A stretch of DNA of 57,122 nucleotides, taken from contig NC_068985.1 of assembly GCF_001194135.2 (NCBI RefSeq), positions 51,021,821 to 51,078,942 of the forward strand. Direction: 5' to 3'. Position 1 is the stretch's first letter. Every line of letters begins with the position of its first letter. The notes below the pieces were generated by a model. It did no database searches and was not told the DNA's origin. It worked only from the letters and a program-made list of their open reading frames with translations. The translations under genes were made by a program, and so were the position numbers. Source of the stretch: Octopus bimaculoides (taxonomy: Eukaryota). Below, piece by piece: positions 10,915-25,024 of this stretch.

Positions 10915-11060
10915 GAATGAATGTAATGTACAGGTCAGTGTTCTTCAGTGCTCAATCATCAAGCTTTTGTTATAGTTCTTGAGACAAATATTAAGTGGTT
11001 GTCATTGGTGAGTTTTGTATGTTGATGACCTGATTTTCATTGCAGAATCTAATGAAGTGA
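10915..11060 (+). mobile_element. Highly decayed RT fragment (RTE-like)
   Basis: Translates roughly VQVSVLQCSIIKLLL...GCHW*VLYVDDLIFIAES, matching the QGS...LYADDL RT motifs. Confidence 0.6.
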
Positions 11061-14000
11061 TTCCAAATCAAGAAGCACACTCAAATACCATTCTTTTTAA
11101 AAGTTAATCAGAGGAAGAGAAGTGATACCTCTCACCTGCTAAGCACCTCCCAAATTTGTGACAATCAGTTTAAATATCTGTGATTGAAATGTAGCCCGTG
11201 AGACTATTCCAGAAGATATCAGTGGATAAGAGTGATTGAGCAAAGTGTTTAATGCAGTACCTGGAAGGTGAAACAGTTAGAGTGACAAGAAGAGAGTGTT
11301 GGGTGACCCTGGGTGAAAATAAATGCAGCTAGGTAGTTCACATGATCAGAAATTACTCTTGTAGTGTGGAAGCAGCAGAGTATACAAACAGTATAACCAT
11401 GAGCAAATCGTCATCGCAGAATTTGGCAAGTGAATTTTTATGAATCAACCAATTTAATTTTTTAATGTGATCTATATGTCGTCATATATAACAGCAGTAC
11501 CATCTCCACCTAAACTGAAGATCGAAGTACAAATTTGTAGCAGAGAGCACAATATCCCAGTACTATAAGTTGATATGTAAGAAGAGAATTTGTAGAAACT
11601 TCATGTAATATACTCAATACAAAATTGATACAGAAAAGCTAGAGACATCTCTGGCAGACCAGTGAAGAAGCAGGATTTCAAATGTGATATATATGTAGTA
11701 ATTATATCACCAGGAGCTCACTAGACATAAAAAAACAGTTACTAAAGTTCGACACACTATAGTAATTAAAGTAAATTATTTGCTCTGGATGGTGAAGATG
11801 AATTACTGTTAAAAAAAATGCTGCTCCAATGATTTTTTTTTTTTTAAGATGGTCCTCAAGTATTACTATAAGGAGGAACTGAGAATGCAATGTATACCTT
11901 AAGAAGATAACAGTAGGAATCACTAGAATGGAGCATGGAGGTCTCAAGTGTTGGGAATATTAGATTGATTTAGGATCTCACCTCAGCAGGAGTGAACATT
12001 GAAATCTATGAGCTAAAGCTAGTAGCCAGAGATTCCCATACAATCCCCTTTGGAGATAAGATAGTCTCTCCCTATATTCATTTACTTCAGCATACTGTTA
12101 CACATTGAAACACTCCATCTTTGACACTACCAAAGTTCTTAGTAGCCATCTCAGTGTTATCTTGAAGTATCTTACTAGACATCATATTCTTACTTTCCTT
12201 CCTTCCAGAAAGCTGGTCAGTGACTTCTTGCTAAAAAGGGAATGATGATAAATTATTTTAAAAATCTTACTGATACGAGTTGAAATACTGTGAATGAAGT
12301 ATATGCTTGTCATTTCCTACAAAATAAATGTTTATTCTAGCTCAACATGGAGTTCAACTGTATCTGCCTACTCCCCAACTATAATCTGACTTCTTTGTAT
12401 TTTCTTACAGCAATGTATCTTTGCTTCATTCACACATTTTCAGTAGCATCCGTTCAGTAAGTTACCATTTCAGATGCAGACTTAGTTTTTCACATTATTG
12501 TCTAATGTCTAGTGAAGAAACAGCCAATCTACTACTGTTGACTGATGTACTTCTTCCAAATTGAACTTTATTGTAATTCTAAGGAATGCACAGCCAAACA
12601 GTTTTATTAATATAGCATAGTTTTCATCTAGTAATTTCTTTAGAATATTGTATTCATTTGTCTGATGAAACAGACAGCAATCAAGTAGATCTAGTATCAG
12701 ACTCTCAGCTCTTAAGATTTTGGTTCATATTGCATCACATGCATAGATCAAATAGATTTTAATAGAAATACTGCTAGAAAGCTACCAAATGTGAAATTTT
12801 AAATCAGGTTAAAATTTGTTGACAAGGGCATCCAGCTATAGAAACCATACCAAAACAGACAAGTGGAGCCTGGTGTGCAGGTCTTCAGTTTGCCAACATG
12901 GAAAACATAATGAGATTGTTTACTACTTTGGATTGTAATTTGCAAGAGATCTTCCAATATTCAGATTTATGTATGTGCACACTTTGAAAAGATTCATAGA
13001 CAAATCATTTTCTACTGAACACCGACATTATAAAAATAACAATGAAATGGTACTGGTTTCCATCTAACCAACAGAGTGACATACCTGTATCAGCAATATC
13101 AGTGGCATAATTTGAATTCATAACTATTTGTTTATCAACAACTATGCCATATGAAATATCAATACAAGGCATGATTATTAGTTCATACACTTTATTTAGA
13201 AAGGTACAGAATGTTCAAAAATGAAAATAAGGTATTTTATTAATTAAAAAAATAAAAATATAATCCAAAAACATTAATTCAAATTTTGGCAAAGAAAAAA
13301 AAAGACATATTAAACTTAAAAGCAACTCAAGATTCAATGTAAAAAATATATCATAGGACAGACAGCATATTTGATTATTTGAAGACATAATATGGATTTC
13401 ATATTTTGGCCCAAGGCCAGCAATTTAGGGAGAGTAAGTCAATTACATCGACACTAGTTTTCAACTGGTACTTATTATATCGACCCCAGCAGAAATTTGA
13501 AGACATAATATGGAACAACATACTGCTGGTTATCTTAAAACAATTTGGTGTGGGAGGGGGTAAATTTCTCATGATTGGTATGAAGTATATAAGATGGCTA
13601 TGATAGCCCTGTAGTATAGCATAACTTTAACACTGAACATTTGTAGCACAGCAGTAAAGTTGTAACAGCAAAGAAAAAAAAATTTCTTTTGATAAAAATA
13701 ATCAATTGTGCCACCCATCCTATGATATACGATGTTAACAGTAAAAAAGTGCGAGGACAAAATAACATTTTCTAAAATAACTCGGTAACTCTTTAACTAC
13801 AAAGAATATATCACAATAGTAGTATTTGAGTTTGATTATATTATTACAAAAACTGAACCAACAAATGAATGATTCAACGTACATTTCTAATTTTCTTTTT
13901 TACTCATAACCATTTACACATACAATCATCCATTCATGTACATACACACACAATAATATACAAAGGAATATAAAAATATGCACTTTTGTTCATAATTACA

Positions 14001-14452
14001 AGGTGAGCAGATTAGAGCAAATAATGAGCAGGTGACTTAGTTTTATATCTTCATTAAGGCAATTAGGAACAGCATGAACAGTAGAACACCATATAAAGTT
14101 CAACTTAGGTCCTTGTGTTGAAGTACTTTATTAGTTTTGAATTTTTAAGCTGTTTTGATGGTAATTTATAGATTGTAGCAGAAAAACTTTGCTTTATTCT
14201 TGAATTCACTTCAGTTCTGGAAACCAAGAAAGTATTCAAGCATGATAATTTTGATTTTCTTCAACCAAACACCTAAATGAGACCCCATTACAGAAGAGAT
14301 TTTTAATAAATCTCTACATGTAGGTAAAGATACAGCCCTTTGGTTCACTGTGCATTGTGTTAATACTTTAAGAAATGTCTTCTACTGCAACCTGTGGTTG
14401 ATCAATGCCTTGTGAGTGGATTTTGCTATACAGAAACTATGTGGAAGCCCAG

Positions 14453-14495
<43 letters not shown>

Positions 14496-17400
14496 TGATG
14501 GTGTCGCAATCCTTTATGTCAAAAGGTAACTCAGCAATTCAATTAAATAAGCATATGACTGAAAAACTGAAATTAGTAAGAAAGTAAAAGAATATTTAAA
14601 CTCATCAGCATCTACCACCACCATGAGAATGCACGTGTAGCTTTATTTTTGATTTACTGAGTAAGTGTGGGAATAAATGTGATTCAATAATACTAGTGGT
14701 GTGTCATGTTCATGATCAAAATGCTATTGCCAATTGTAAATTTGAAGTCACAAATCACAAGCCAAATATCTTACTCTTCTCAAATCATTTCACTATTGAA
14801 ATTTAAACTGCTAGCTAAAAAATTACATATTAACTGTTTATTGTGGAAGAAAAGAGAAATTAACAAAAGAAGCCTATGAGTGTATTAACTCTTCTGAAAT
14901 TAAATTTGCTGAGAGCATTGTCAACAGTGCAATAATAAACATAAAAAAAAAAATTTTGAATCAATATATTACAAAGATGCATGCAATCATTTAGTTAACT
15001 TCAGTTTACAAACGAATAAGAAATTAGTAGCAATAATGAAAGAAAAAATTAAATTTTAACATTGGTAATATAAAAACTTCAGACCCACATAGGTCTGATT
15101 TCCATGTTTAGTCCTGTTGTTGGAGAAAACGTTGCCAGTGTATGCCTATTAAGTAACACTTTGGCCATTAATAAAAATTATACACTCAAAATATAAAGAA
15201 GGAGAAAAGCTAAGAAAGGAAAAACACAAAAGCAAAAAGAAATAAAAGATTTGTATTTTAATCTCAAAAATATGATATCTGGTTTATTCACACTGAGCTG
15301 AATATGAGAGAAAAAAGTTCAAGAGATCAATAAGTGTAGAAAATATTAAACACTTAAAAAAAAAAAAGATTGAAAAATTTGAAAAAAAGAAACGAAAATG
15401 TAGATGAAAATAAAATGTATGTATGTATATGTAAAAAGTAAAATTAGAAAAGAACCAGAAATGGTAATAAAGTACAAATGGTTTGAAAAGTTAAAATGGT
15501 AACCATAAAACAAAATAGAAAAGTAAAAAATATTCAGTTGTTTGGCCAATAAGTTTTTAAAATAAACTGTAAATAAATAAATTGCAAAATACCCCCAACA
15601 ATCTCAATGAGAATAACAATGGCAAAATTTTTAACATCAATGGTAAAAACGTTAGCAAAGATGCTCAGGTAATAATAAATACAGACATCCCCTACATTAT
15701 AGAAGTGTGTACTTCAATATATTGCTATTAACATGAAATAAATTTTCCAGTGACTTCTATGTACATTGCTTTCAGAGTAACATAGAAGTCTATGGCAAAA
15801 TAGGTTTCATGTTACAGAACACGACACTTCTGTAATGTAGAGGAAGGCTGCTCGTATATATTTGTATGCATGTGTACGTGTGGTCATGTATGAGCCATAA
15901 CTTGGTTCATACAGGCACTACAAGACCACTAATCTTTTGAGTAGTGCTTCTAAAGCAAGCCAACTTGACAGAACCCATTCCATTTTCAGCAGGTCATTCC
16001 CATACAGTGTACAGTGTTTACAGAGTATTCTGTAACTGTACATTTTGTGTGTGTGTATACACACATACACACACACAATTGGTATGACATATTTGAAACT
16101 CAAGTGTATTAGGTTATAGAAATTGCACCTCACTAGTAATGAGATATAACCTGTAACCTTTTCATCTGCAATGTGAATCTATCAACTTGTGTACTAACAC
16201 ACATTAGCACAAAATTTAAAATTGTTCAAAGTGCTGAAGAAATAATCCACTTCCCACCCTCCAAAAACCTATCCCCACTTACAATTCTTCACCCATGATA
16301 AAGGGAGCAGTAAAATATCCCCATCACACAACTGTACGACACATACCCAACTCAAGATATCAGAAATTCTCAAAATTTACAAAACAATGTATAAATAAAT
16401 GTGCTGTGATGGTATAGCAGCTGGTTTTCCAACTGAACCAAGGAAGTTTCATCTCCATTGGTCTTTCTTTACATTGTTGATACTATCTGTTGGTTGACAC
16501 TAACCAGCCTATCAATCCACTAACCTGGACTGGTATTTTATTAATACTAAAAGTACAAAAAGCTAAGTTGACAACAGATAGATTTGAAGTCAACAGAGAG
16601 TTATAACAAATACCAGAAGGCATACTGCCCAATGTTCTAATGACCCTACCATTTCACTTACTGTGATGATAGTAAAACTTAAAACATTTTATCACATAAC
16701 ACTGGGAAATCATACAGATAGTAATAAATTCTAGTTACTGTAGTGCTAACTGGGTTTGACAATTCTTAACCTCATACTCTAGACAAAATATTTTGTTTTG
16801 TATGACTTTCCCTGATTACCCAACAGATAAGTAAACTGAAGCAGTGTAGAATAAAGTGTCTTGTCCCAAACACTATGAAAAGTTTGCAGCAGATTTTAAC
16901 TCACAAACTATAGGGAAGTAACCCAATACTTTATCTACTTAGCAATTTCACCTCTCTGCTAGCATTTGAAGTTAAGGAAAAAGATTTAAAAAAAAAAAAA
17001 AAAAAGACACCTTAATCTGAACAAAAGATGTTTCTTTATACATTTTTCTTAACTGATTCATATCAATAGAGGCTGAGTATCTACATATTTAATGAGAATT
17101 ATCATAATTTCCATAATTAAAGAACAAAACCATGACAAACAAAAAAATAGTAGTAGGGAATTGTAAATTATAAATCAAATGAATGCCATCATAATGTAGT
17201 GAGGAGAAAAAAAAACATTATTTCAGTGATTAATATTATTCTAATATCAATAACAATAATTTTTTATTAGGTATGAAGCGATAGTAATGCGCAGGAAGAA
17301 ATGCTGAGGTGTTCAAAACTGAACCCCATGCAATGGAAACACACATTTCCTTCTGGAAGACAGTCAGTTGAATATATTTGAGAGAAGAACTTAACAGGAC

Positions 17401-19165
17401 TTGAAATCAGTAGAGCAAGCCAAGAAGGCAGTATTGCAGCCTATTATAGCAGTGAACTACATTTACCTACATACCCACTTAGCATTAGATGAATTTGGTC
17501 ATCAAGTGTTAAGTGTATGTTGGTTATGAACACAACACAGGTGAAAGGTCATAACCCACAACTCTTCTGGCAAGTTGTCCATTAACTCTGCCTTTCAATG
17601 CTTTCTAATTATAATACAAGAGGAAGGACAGATTAAACATTGTATTTACTAAAGCTCAACCAAAATGTAAAAGAAAAAGCTTAATTAAAGCTTGTAACCT
17701 ACATAGAGTTATATATCTGATATATTTTTAGTTTTTTTTCATAGCTTGTTATATATATATATTATACACANNNNNNNNNNNNNNNNNNNNNNNNNNNNNN
17801 NNNNNNNNNNNNNNNNNNNNNNNNNNNNNNNNNNNNNNNNNNNNNNNNNNNNNNNNNNNNNNNNNNNNNNNNNNNNNNNNNNNNNNNNNNNNNNNNNNNN
17901 NNNNNNNNNNNNNNNNNNNNNNNNNNNNNNNNNNNNNNNNNNNNNNNNNNNNNNNNNNNNNNNNNNNNNNNNNNNNNNNNNNNNNNNNNNNNNNNNNNNN
18001 NNNNNNNNNNNNNNNNNNNNNNNNNNNNNNNNNNNNNNNNNNNNNNNNNNNNNNNNNNNNNNNNNNNNNNNNNNNNNNNNNATATATATATATATATAGA
18101 TGGATAGATGTCTTTAACAGACTGAAATGTTTTAACACAGTGTGTGAGACTAAATTTGCCCTCCTGAATGCTGCCATAAATTTAATTATTATGACCATTT
18201 TTTTTTTACTGATTTACAGTAATAAACATTTATTATACATGAAAACAATGCAAAGGGAAACAGAATTTCACAATGAAGATATTATATTACTATATCTAAT
18301 ACAATATACCAATTCTAAAAGTTTCCATCAACCATTACTTATATAAGCAAATCCCATTCTATTTCAGAAAATAGTCTGAATCTTCACCAGCCATTGTTTT
18401 AAGCCTCTTAAAATTTCTGATTTACAGTGCAATATTAACTGTTTACTTCCAACTTTAATTGTGAACTGTCGACTGTGTCACTAAGTAATTTTTAGGAAAT
18501 TAGAATGGTATATTTGACAAAGCAATTCTTCTTGGCATATAATCAGAGAATTTCCTTTCAGGTTAATGTTAATAGAGTACCCACAGATAATGTACGAAAA
18601 ACAATAAAAGACTAGATAGAAATTTACAAATTCCACATTTCAATAAAAAAAGAAAAAAAAAAATAGCTAATGAACTCATCAATAATCTAAAAATAAAATA
18701 CAACTAATTGGTCAAGAGAAAGAAAAAAACTAAAAAATAAGCAAAATATATTTGTAACGTGTTACAGTGTTCCCAATAACATTTTTAGCAACACACAGCT
18801 ACTCCTACAGCAAAAAATTTTTTTTACCCTTTCTACAGGGTAGATTGGTCACTACCCCTACTATAGTTTCAAAAGTCAGCTCTGACAATTATAATTTTAT
18901 TATGGTAAACACTGTATATATGACTTATGAAACAATTTCTATACTTAAAAAAATTATTACATAATAGTTTTACTCTATATTTTGACACCCACCCTTACAG
19001 TACTCTGAGGTTTCCTAATTAGAAAAACAGAACATGAATTGAAAAATAAACATAAAATAATTTTTAAAAATATATAAATACAGATAGAAGTTTTAAAAAT
19101 CTACATGTAGAACACTGATTTAACTGGGTACAATTGAAGCTAAAACTTCAAGAGTATTCAAACTG

Positions 19166-19205
<40 letters not shown>

Positions 19206-19738
19206 CTTTTAACATGCAGAGATGCCTATAATAGGACATCTACTCGCTAGAAATAGCAGCAAAAGACTACATACCACAAAAATTGCATTTTAAATGAATA
19301 GTACATAGTCTATTGACTGTTTTTTTACTCACGCTAGACCACTGGTGGTAAATAAAATTTCTAAAATTTTTTTTGCTACCCTATCATTTATTAATATATA
19401 TATATATATATGATTGAAATGCATATTGAGATCATTGCAATCATTTCTTTTTCTACTACTTCTTACAAAATTAAAAAAGAAAATTTACAAAATGAAAATA
19501 GTAAAAATTTCAAAGAAAATTCAAGTAAAAATCTATATATAAAACAAATATAAATGAAATAACTCAATAACAGCAAAGATGCCTTTCTTTTCTTTTTTAC
19601 AAAATATACAGTTACATCAACAGTTTACTTTTTTCTGATTCTTTTCCAGTTGTTATTAGTGCAGTTATTTTCAAAACTAGGAAGAAAATAAATTTTAAAA
19701 AAAATAAAAATAAACTAGAAGTTTGTATAATTAATCTT

Positions 19739-19860
19739 CTACTCTTCTTCCTCCTCCTCCAACTGGCTCCAAGCTTCTTCAGCCAAAGCATAATAATGAC
19801 AAGCCATTCTACCATTCATTGCTTCTGTTGCCGCATCAGCTGCTTCAGTGTATAAGTCCC
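19739..19860 (-). CDS. EEF2K: eEF2 kinase coding exon 11 (last): GDLYTEAADAATEAMNGRMACHYYALAEEAWSQLEEEEEE*
   Basis: Matches the human C-terminus DLYTQAAEAAMEAMKGRLANQYYQKAEEAW. Acceptor ttgtag, phase 1 consistent, TAG at 19741-19739. Confidence 0.95.
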
Positions 19861-20624
19861 CTACAAGGAGTAATAAAGAGAACGTTGTCAGATATATTGA
19901 TATTAAATCTGTTACTGAAAAGCCCATCAAAATAGTACATTCAAAGAGATTTAAAAAAAGGAGAGAAACAAAAGAAATATGAATTAATGTGCATCTCATC
20001 ATTTGAATCAGCTTACATTTACTTTCTAAACTGGCGTGGGTTGGATGAGTTATTACTTCTCTCCTATTTGGGACGAAAGGCTGCATCTCACTTGAACATT
20101 TCATTTTGGCTTGATTCTTACAGCTGGATGCCCTTTCTAATATCAAGCACTTTGCTGAATACAAAGTGTGCATTTTATTATGGCACCAACATCAGAGTGG
20201 TTATCATCTCTTCAACAAAACTGAAGGGTCCTCGCAACCTCAATACTTTATATAGCGTACTGGGAGCCTTTTATTATGACAACATCTCTGAGGAAGACTA
20301 CCATGTCCTTAACCCAACATCACTGCTTACCAACCACTTTATGGAATAGGTCTGCAGAGCATAAATATTAGTGAAGATACATAAAATTTAAGGCAATATA
20401 AATAATCGCAACTAAAAAGTCTGCAGATAAAATTCATCTTAAATACAAGCCTAAGGTATTCAGTGGAGAGTAAAGAGAGCATTGTGATGTTAATGATTTT
20501 GTTTTGTTTTTTTACCAAGGGTATGGGAAAATTAACATGAGACTTGATGTTCAATTCCCCCACTTGAGTTTACTCATATGCAACAATGTTGGTAATACTG
20601 TTAAATAGTGACAATATAAATTAC

Positions 20625-20803
20625 CTGCTTTCTGAGGGTCTTTCTCAACACCAAAACCACCAATGTTGTAGATGTTTGCTTGTGCAGCAAGTAACAAATG
20701 CAAAGGGCTATGCATAGTAGAATTAAACAATTCAGAAGTATCATTCATTAAACTGTGGATGGCTTTATCATACCAGTCTATTGCTTTTTCCCATGACTTG
20801 GTT
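20625..20803 (-). CDS. EEF2K: eEF2K coding exon 10 (SEL1-like region: TKSWEKAIDWY...GGFGVEKDPQKA)
   Basis: Homology to GGYGLEKDPQRS. AG/GT boundaries; phase 2 in, phase 1 out. Confidence 0.93.
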
Positions 20804-22295
20804 CTATCAAAGAAAATTTTCAGCATAAGGACAAAGGAAACACAAAAATAAACAAACACAAAATTATTATAAATAAATGATTAAGATGTTTGCTTTGCAA
20901 CTAAATGGTTCTCTATTTATACCAGTGAAGCAGCTTGGACAAGCATAGTCTTAATACCTAGTGAGCAATATATGGTAACCAGAAACTGTGAAGCTCATCA
21001 TTACACACAGAGATACAGATATATCCTTCTTTCTTTCCTTAAACTTTCAACTCTTTATAGAGTTGCAGAGGTGCTGTGATGACACAGTGTAAACTGGGCA
21101 TTTTAAACCTGGTGGGACCTATCTCTTTCCAAAATGTGTGCATGTATGTGTGTATCTAAATTAGTGTGATGACATTTAATAAATGGAGATTACTAAAATA
21201 ATTAACAGTCTAAAATCAGTACTGAAGTTCATATGATCCACTAAAAACCTTTGAACACAGTTTCTCATCATGGCCTTATTCAAATGATTGAAAACCATAA
21301 AAGGAATAAAAGTATATAAATCAATATCATGTTATAAGTTCCACTCTACACCCTACTATACACACACATTCAGGTACAAGTTGCTTGCTATTTTCTGTTT
21401 CTTTTACAACAGTGATCACTTAAAAACCTTTTTGTTTCTTTATCTTACTATTGTATATTTCCAGATTTTATATTCACCATTATACCAATGGCAGCCAAAC
21501 TGCATCTTATGAGCTATATGCAGCTGTAAATGTTACAAAGTTTCTCTGCACACCACTCCTGGGCAAACAGCTTATTCAATGAAATATTTAGATTCCCTCA
21601 TGCAAGCACAATGTACTGAACTGTTTGAGAATCATATTGGAAACATACTGTACAGCACCATGGATGTATGGTGCTTTGATAGGTTTACAGTGCCTAGGGT
21701 ACATGACAGTATCTTACAGCTCTGTTAGTTGTTGAGAGCCCCAAGGAAGGAAGAGTGTGTATGTGTGTGATCTACCCAAGTCACACTAACATGAATATAA
21801 CGTTTTTTTTTTTTTAAAGTTGTGACCATATAATACAGTAGGTTACAGCATTCACTATGAAACTGAAAAGTATGAACGAGTCCAAATGACTGGGATTCTT
21901 TTGTTAGATGTAAAGTTATGGAAGAAAAACACTGGACAAGTAAGGAAAAGTGAAAAAAGAAAAAAGAATAATGAGGCCCCATTAATGATAAATAAGAATG
22001 GGATGACAGTAGTGAACTCTGGACTAAATGATTTGCTGTTATAAAGCAGAAAACAACTGCACAGATCTGTCTGTAGATCAGGACTGCCTACTTTCTTGTA
22101 TAATAGGATAGAATACAAGGAATTTACCAAAGGAATCTGACAATGATTGCTTAAATTCGAAAACCAAGTTATGAGTTTGACCCCTTCATCATTTAACCAT
22201 ATCATCTCTCTGGAGGTAATATGGAAAAATTTTCTTAAATCTCCTTTCCAAAAATGTTACTTTTTGCTTTTAATGAACAGAAATGATTCTCTGAC

Positions 22296-22411
22296 CTGTA
22301 AGATCCCAGATTATTTCCAGTCTCATAAGCTTTTGCCATGTACAATACAGCATCACGATCTCCTCTTTCAGCAGCATTGCTCATATAATCAACACCTTTG
22401 TCTAAGTCAAC
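22296..22411 (-). CDS. EEF2K: eEF2K coding exon 9 (VDLDKGVDYMSNAAERGDRDAVLYMAKAYETGNNLGSY)
   Basis: Homology to KGFDYLLKAAEAGDRQSMILVARAFDSG. ttcag acceptor, GTCAGA donor; 116 nt. Confidence 0.92.
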
Positions 22412-22708
22412 CTGAAAGGACAGAAAAGCATATAATGTATCTCTTTGCTTTATGGTGTTTCCTAATTTATACAAGTAACGGAGCAAGAAAGAAAAAGTTA
22501 GCAAATTTATTAGAGCCATTGCTGCTAGCATCAGTTTGCCGGCATTATTCAACTTAAAATAAGAAAAGATCATTTTGTTGATCTAAAGTTAAGTATTACA
22601 GTGCATACAAGGAATTAGAGATTACATACATTTCTAACTCTGCTGAAGAAAAGTTGTAGTAACATACCAAAGTGATTAGAGAAATTCCATAAACATATGA
22701 AGGGGTAC

Positions 22709-22740
<32 letters not shown>

Positions 22741-22924
22741 CACATACGATGGGCTTCTTTCAGTTTCCATCTACCAAATCCACTCACAAGGCTTTGGTCA
22801 GCCTGAGGCTATAGTAGAAGACACTTGCCCAAGGTGCCATGCAGTCGGACTGAACTCGGAACCATGTGGTTGGTAAGCAAGCTACTTACCACACAGCCAC
22901 TCCTGCACCTATATTTAAAAAGTT

Positions 22925-23965
22925 AAATTGCAAAATCTATCTGATTTCCAAAGAGGACAAATTATTGGAGTGGAGATAGATGGAGCTTCAATCACTAAAA
23001 CTACAGAGTGTTTTGGTGTTTCAAAAGATAACTAAAATCATGTTGGTATTCCAAAACCAAGGTAAAACCAGCTTTGGCAAGCATAATTCTGAATGGAAGG
23101 CAATGCTCAGAGAGAGGAGCCACAAAAAAGTGAAACATGTATCTAAAAACCATCAAACTGTAGCAGTAAAGCTAAACCACCATGATGCCAACCCAGTGTC
23201 AACTAAAACTATTCATCGTGAGCTCTATAAAGTTGGATACCGTAGAAGGGATGCAACTGCTAAACCGCTCGTCTCACCATCAACAGTGACAAGCAGAAAA
23301 AATGGTGTCTAGACTATCAGAAATTGTCAATGGCTCAAAGGAACAATACCATCTTCTCTGATGAATTATCATTCATAATTTTTTATCCTTCCACACCAGA
23401 GTGAGCTTATATCTGAAGACAGCTGAAAGAAGCCTCAAACCTTCATCGTTAACCCTTACCGTGAAGCATGGATGTGGCTCTGTGAGGATTTGAGCAGCCA
23501 CATCACAGAATTTTCTTAACCCTTTAGTTATTCTACAAAGCAGAGTTAACTCCAAGGATTACCTAAGTATTTTGGCTGATCATACCCATCCAATGGTACA
23601 AATATTGTCCCTTGATAGTAGTGTAATCTTCCAGAGCAATAGTGTAGCAATTGATATAGCTAGTGATATTCAAAGTTAGCATTTGGATTGGCCCTAACAA
23701 TTCCCAAATCTTAATATTATTGAGCGGTTATGGTAAATTTTGGAGCAGTAAATGAGGAGCACTTTCACCTCCACCCTTGTTACTGTAAGTGCTAAACAGG
23801 TTTTACTTGAAGAATGGCTCAAAATTCCCTTAACTATTCAAAACTGATACAAGTCAACATGGTGATTGAAGCCAAAGGTGGTGATGGAAGCCAAAGGTGG
23901 ACCAACTCCATATTAATAAAAAAAACATTCACTTGACAAGGTATTTCCATTATTTTTCTGAAGTG
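22925..23965 (+). mobile_element. Decayed Tc1-family transposon
   Basis: Frameshifted transposase: LSDFQRGQIIG, VSKNHQT, PVSTKTIHREL, AKPL, FSDE, TVKHGCGSV, WP.QFPNLNIIE, AKGGPTPY* (stop 23914-23916). Confidence 0.9.
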
Positions 23966-24717
23966 TGTGTGTGNNNNNNNNNNNNNNNNNNNNNNNNNNN
24001 NNNNNNNNNNNNNNNNNNNNNNNNNNNNNNNNNNNNNNNNNNNNNNNNNNNNNNNNNNNNNNNNNNNNNNNNNNNNNNNNNNNNNNNNNNNNNNNNNNNN
24101 NNNNNNNNNNNNNNNNNNNNNNNNNNNNNNNNNNNNNNNNNNNNNNNNNNNNNNNNNNNNNNNNNNNNNNNNNNNNNNNNNNNNNNNNNNNNNNNNNNNN
24201 NNNNNNNNNNNNNNNNNNNNNNNNNNNNNNNNNNNNNNNNNNNNNNNNNNNNNNNNNNNNNNNNNNNNNNNNNNNNNNNNNNNNNNNNNNNNNNNNNNNN
24301 NNNNNNNNNNNNNNNNNNNNNNNNNNNNNNNNNNNNNNNNNNNNNNNNNNNNNNNNNNNNNNNNNNNNNNNNNNNNNNNNNNNNNNNNNNNNNNNNNNNN
24401 NNNNNNNNNNNNNNNNNNNNNNNNNNNNNNNNNNNNNNNNNNNNNNNNNNNNNNNNNNNNNNNNNNNNNNNNNNNNNNNNNNNNNNNNNNNNNNNNNNNN
24501 NNNNNNNNNNNNNNNNNNNNNNNNNNNNNNNNNNNNNNNNNNNNNNNNNNNNNNNNNNNNNNNNNNNNNNNNNNNNNNNNNNNNNNNNNNNNNNNNNNNN
24601 NNNNNNNNNNNNNNNNNNNNNNNNNNNNNNNNNNNNNNNNNNNNNNNNNNNNNNNNNNNNNNNNNNNNNNNNNNNNNNNNNNNNNNNNNNNNNNNNNNNN
24701 NNNNNNNNNNNNNNNNN

Positions 24718-24762
<45 letters not shown>

Positions 24763-24832
24763 CTAAGTACTTTTTGACAATAAAATATTGCCAATTATGA
24801 AATTTGTCTAAACAAAAAAAAAAATTGCTTAC

Positions 24833-25024
24833 ACTCATAGGACAGTCAACTAAAATATCCCTCTGGAGACCAAGGTAGATCCTGGCCAAAGAGGAAATAG
24901 CTTCCAGGTTGCCCAGTTGTGCTGCATGTCTTTCATGATACATAGCAGACTCCCAGTCAATTGGAGAATTAGCATCTTTCTTAAATCTTCCCAGTTCATA
25001 GTATTTAGCAATTTCATGGTGAAT
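24833..25024 (-). CDS. EEF2K: eEF2K coding exon 8 (IHHEIAKYYELGRF...AAQLGNLEAISSLARIYLGLQRDILVDCPMS)
   Basis: Homology to VHLAMVRYHEGGRF...HAANLGELEAIVGLG. ttcag acceptor, GTAAGC donor; 192 nt, phase 0/0. Confidence 0.93.

Noticed and set aside
12030-12200. HTIPFGDK...YI and HSIFDTTKVL, faintly like a Penelope GIY-YIG endonuclease
   Set aside because: Too short and degenerate to support without a profile search.
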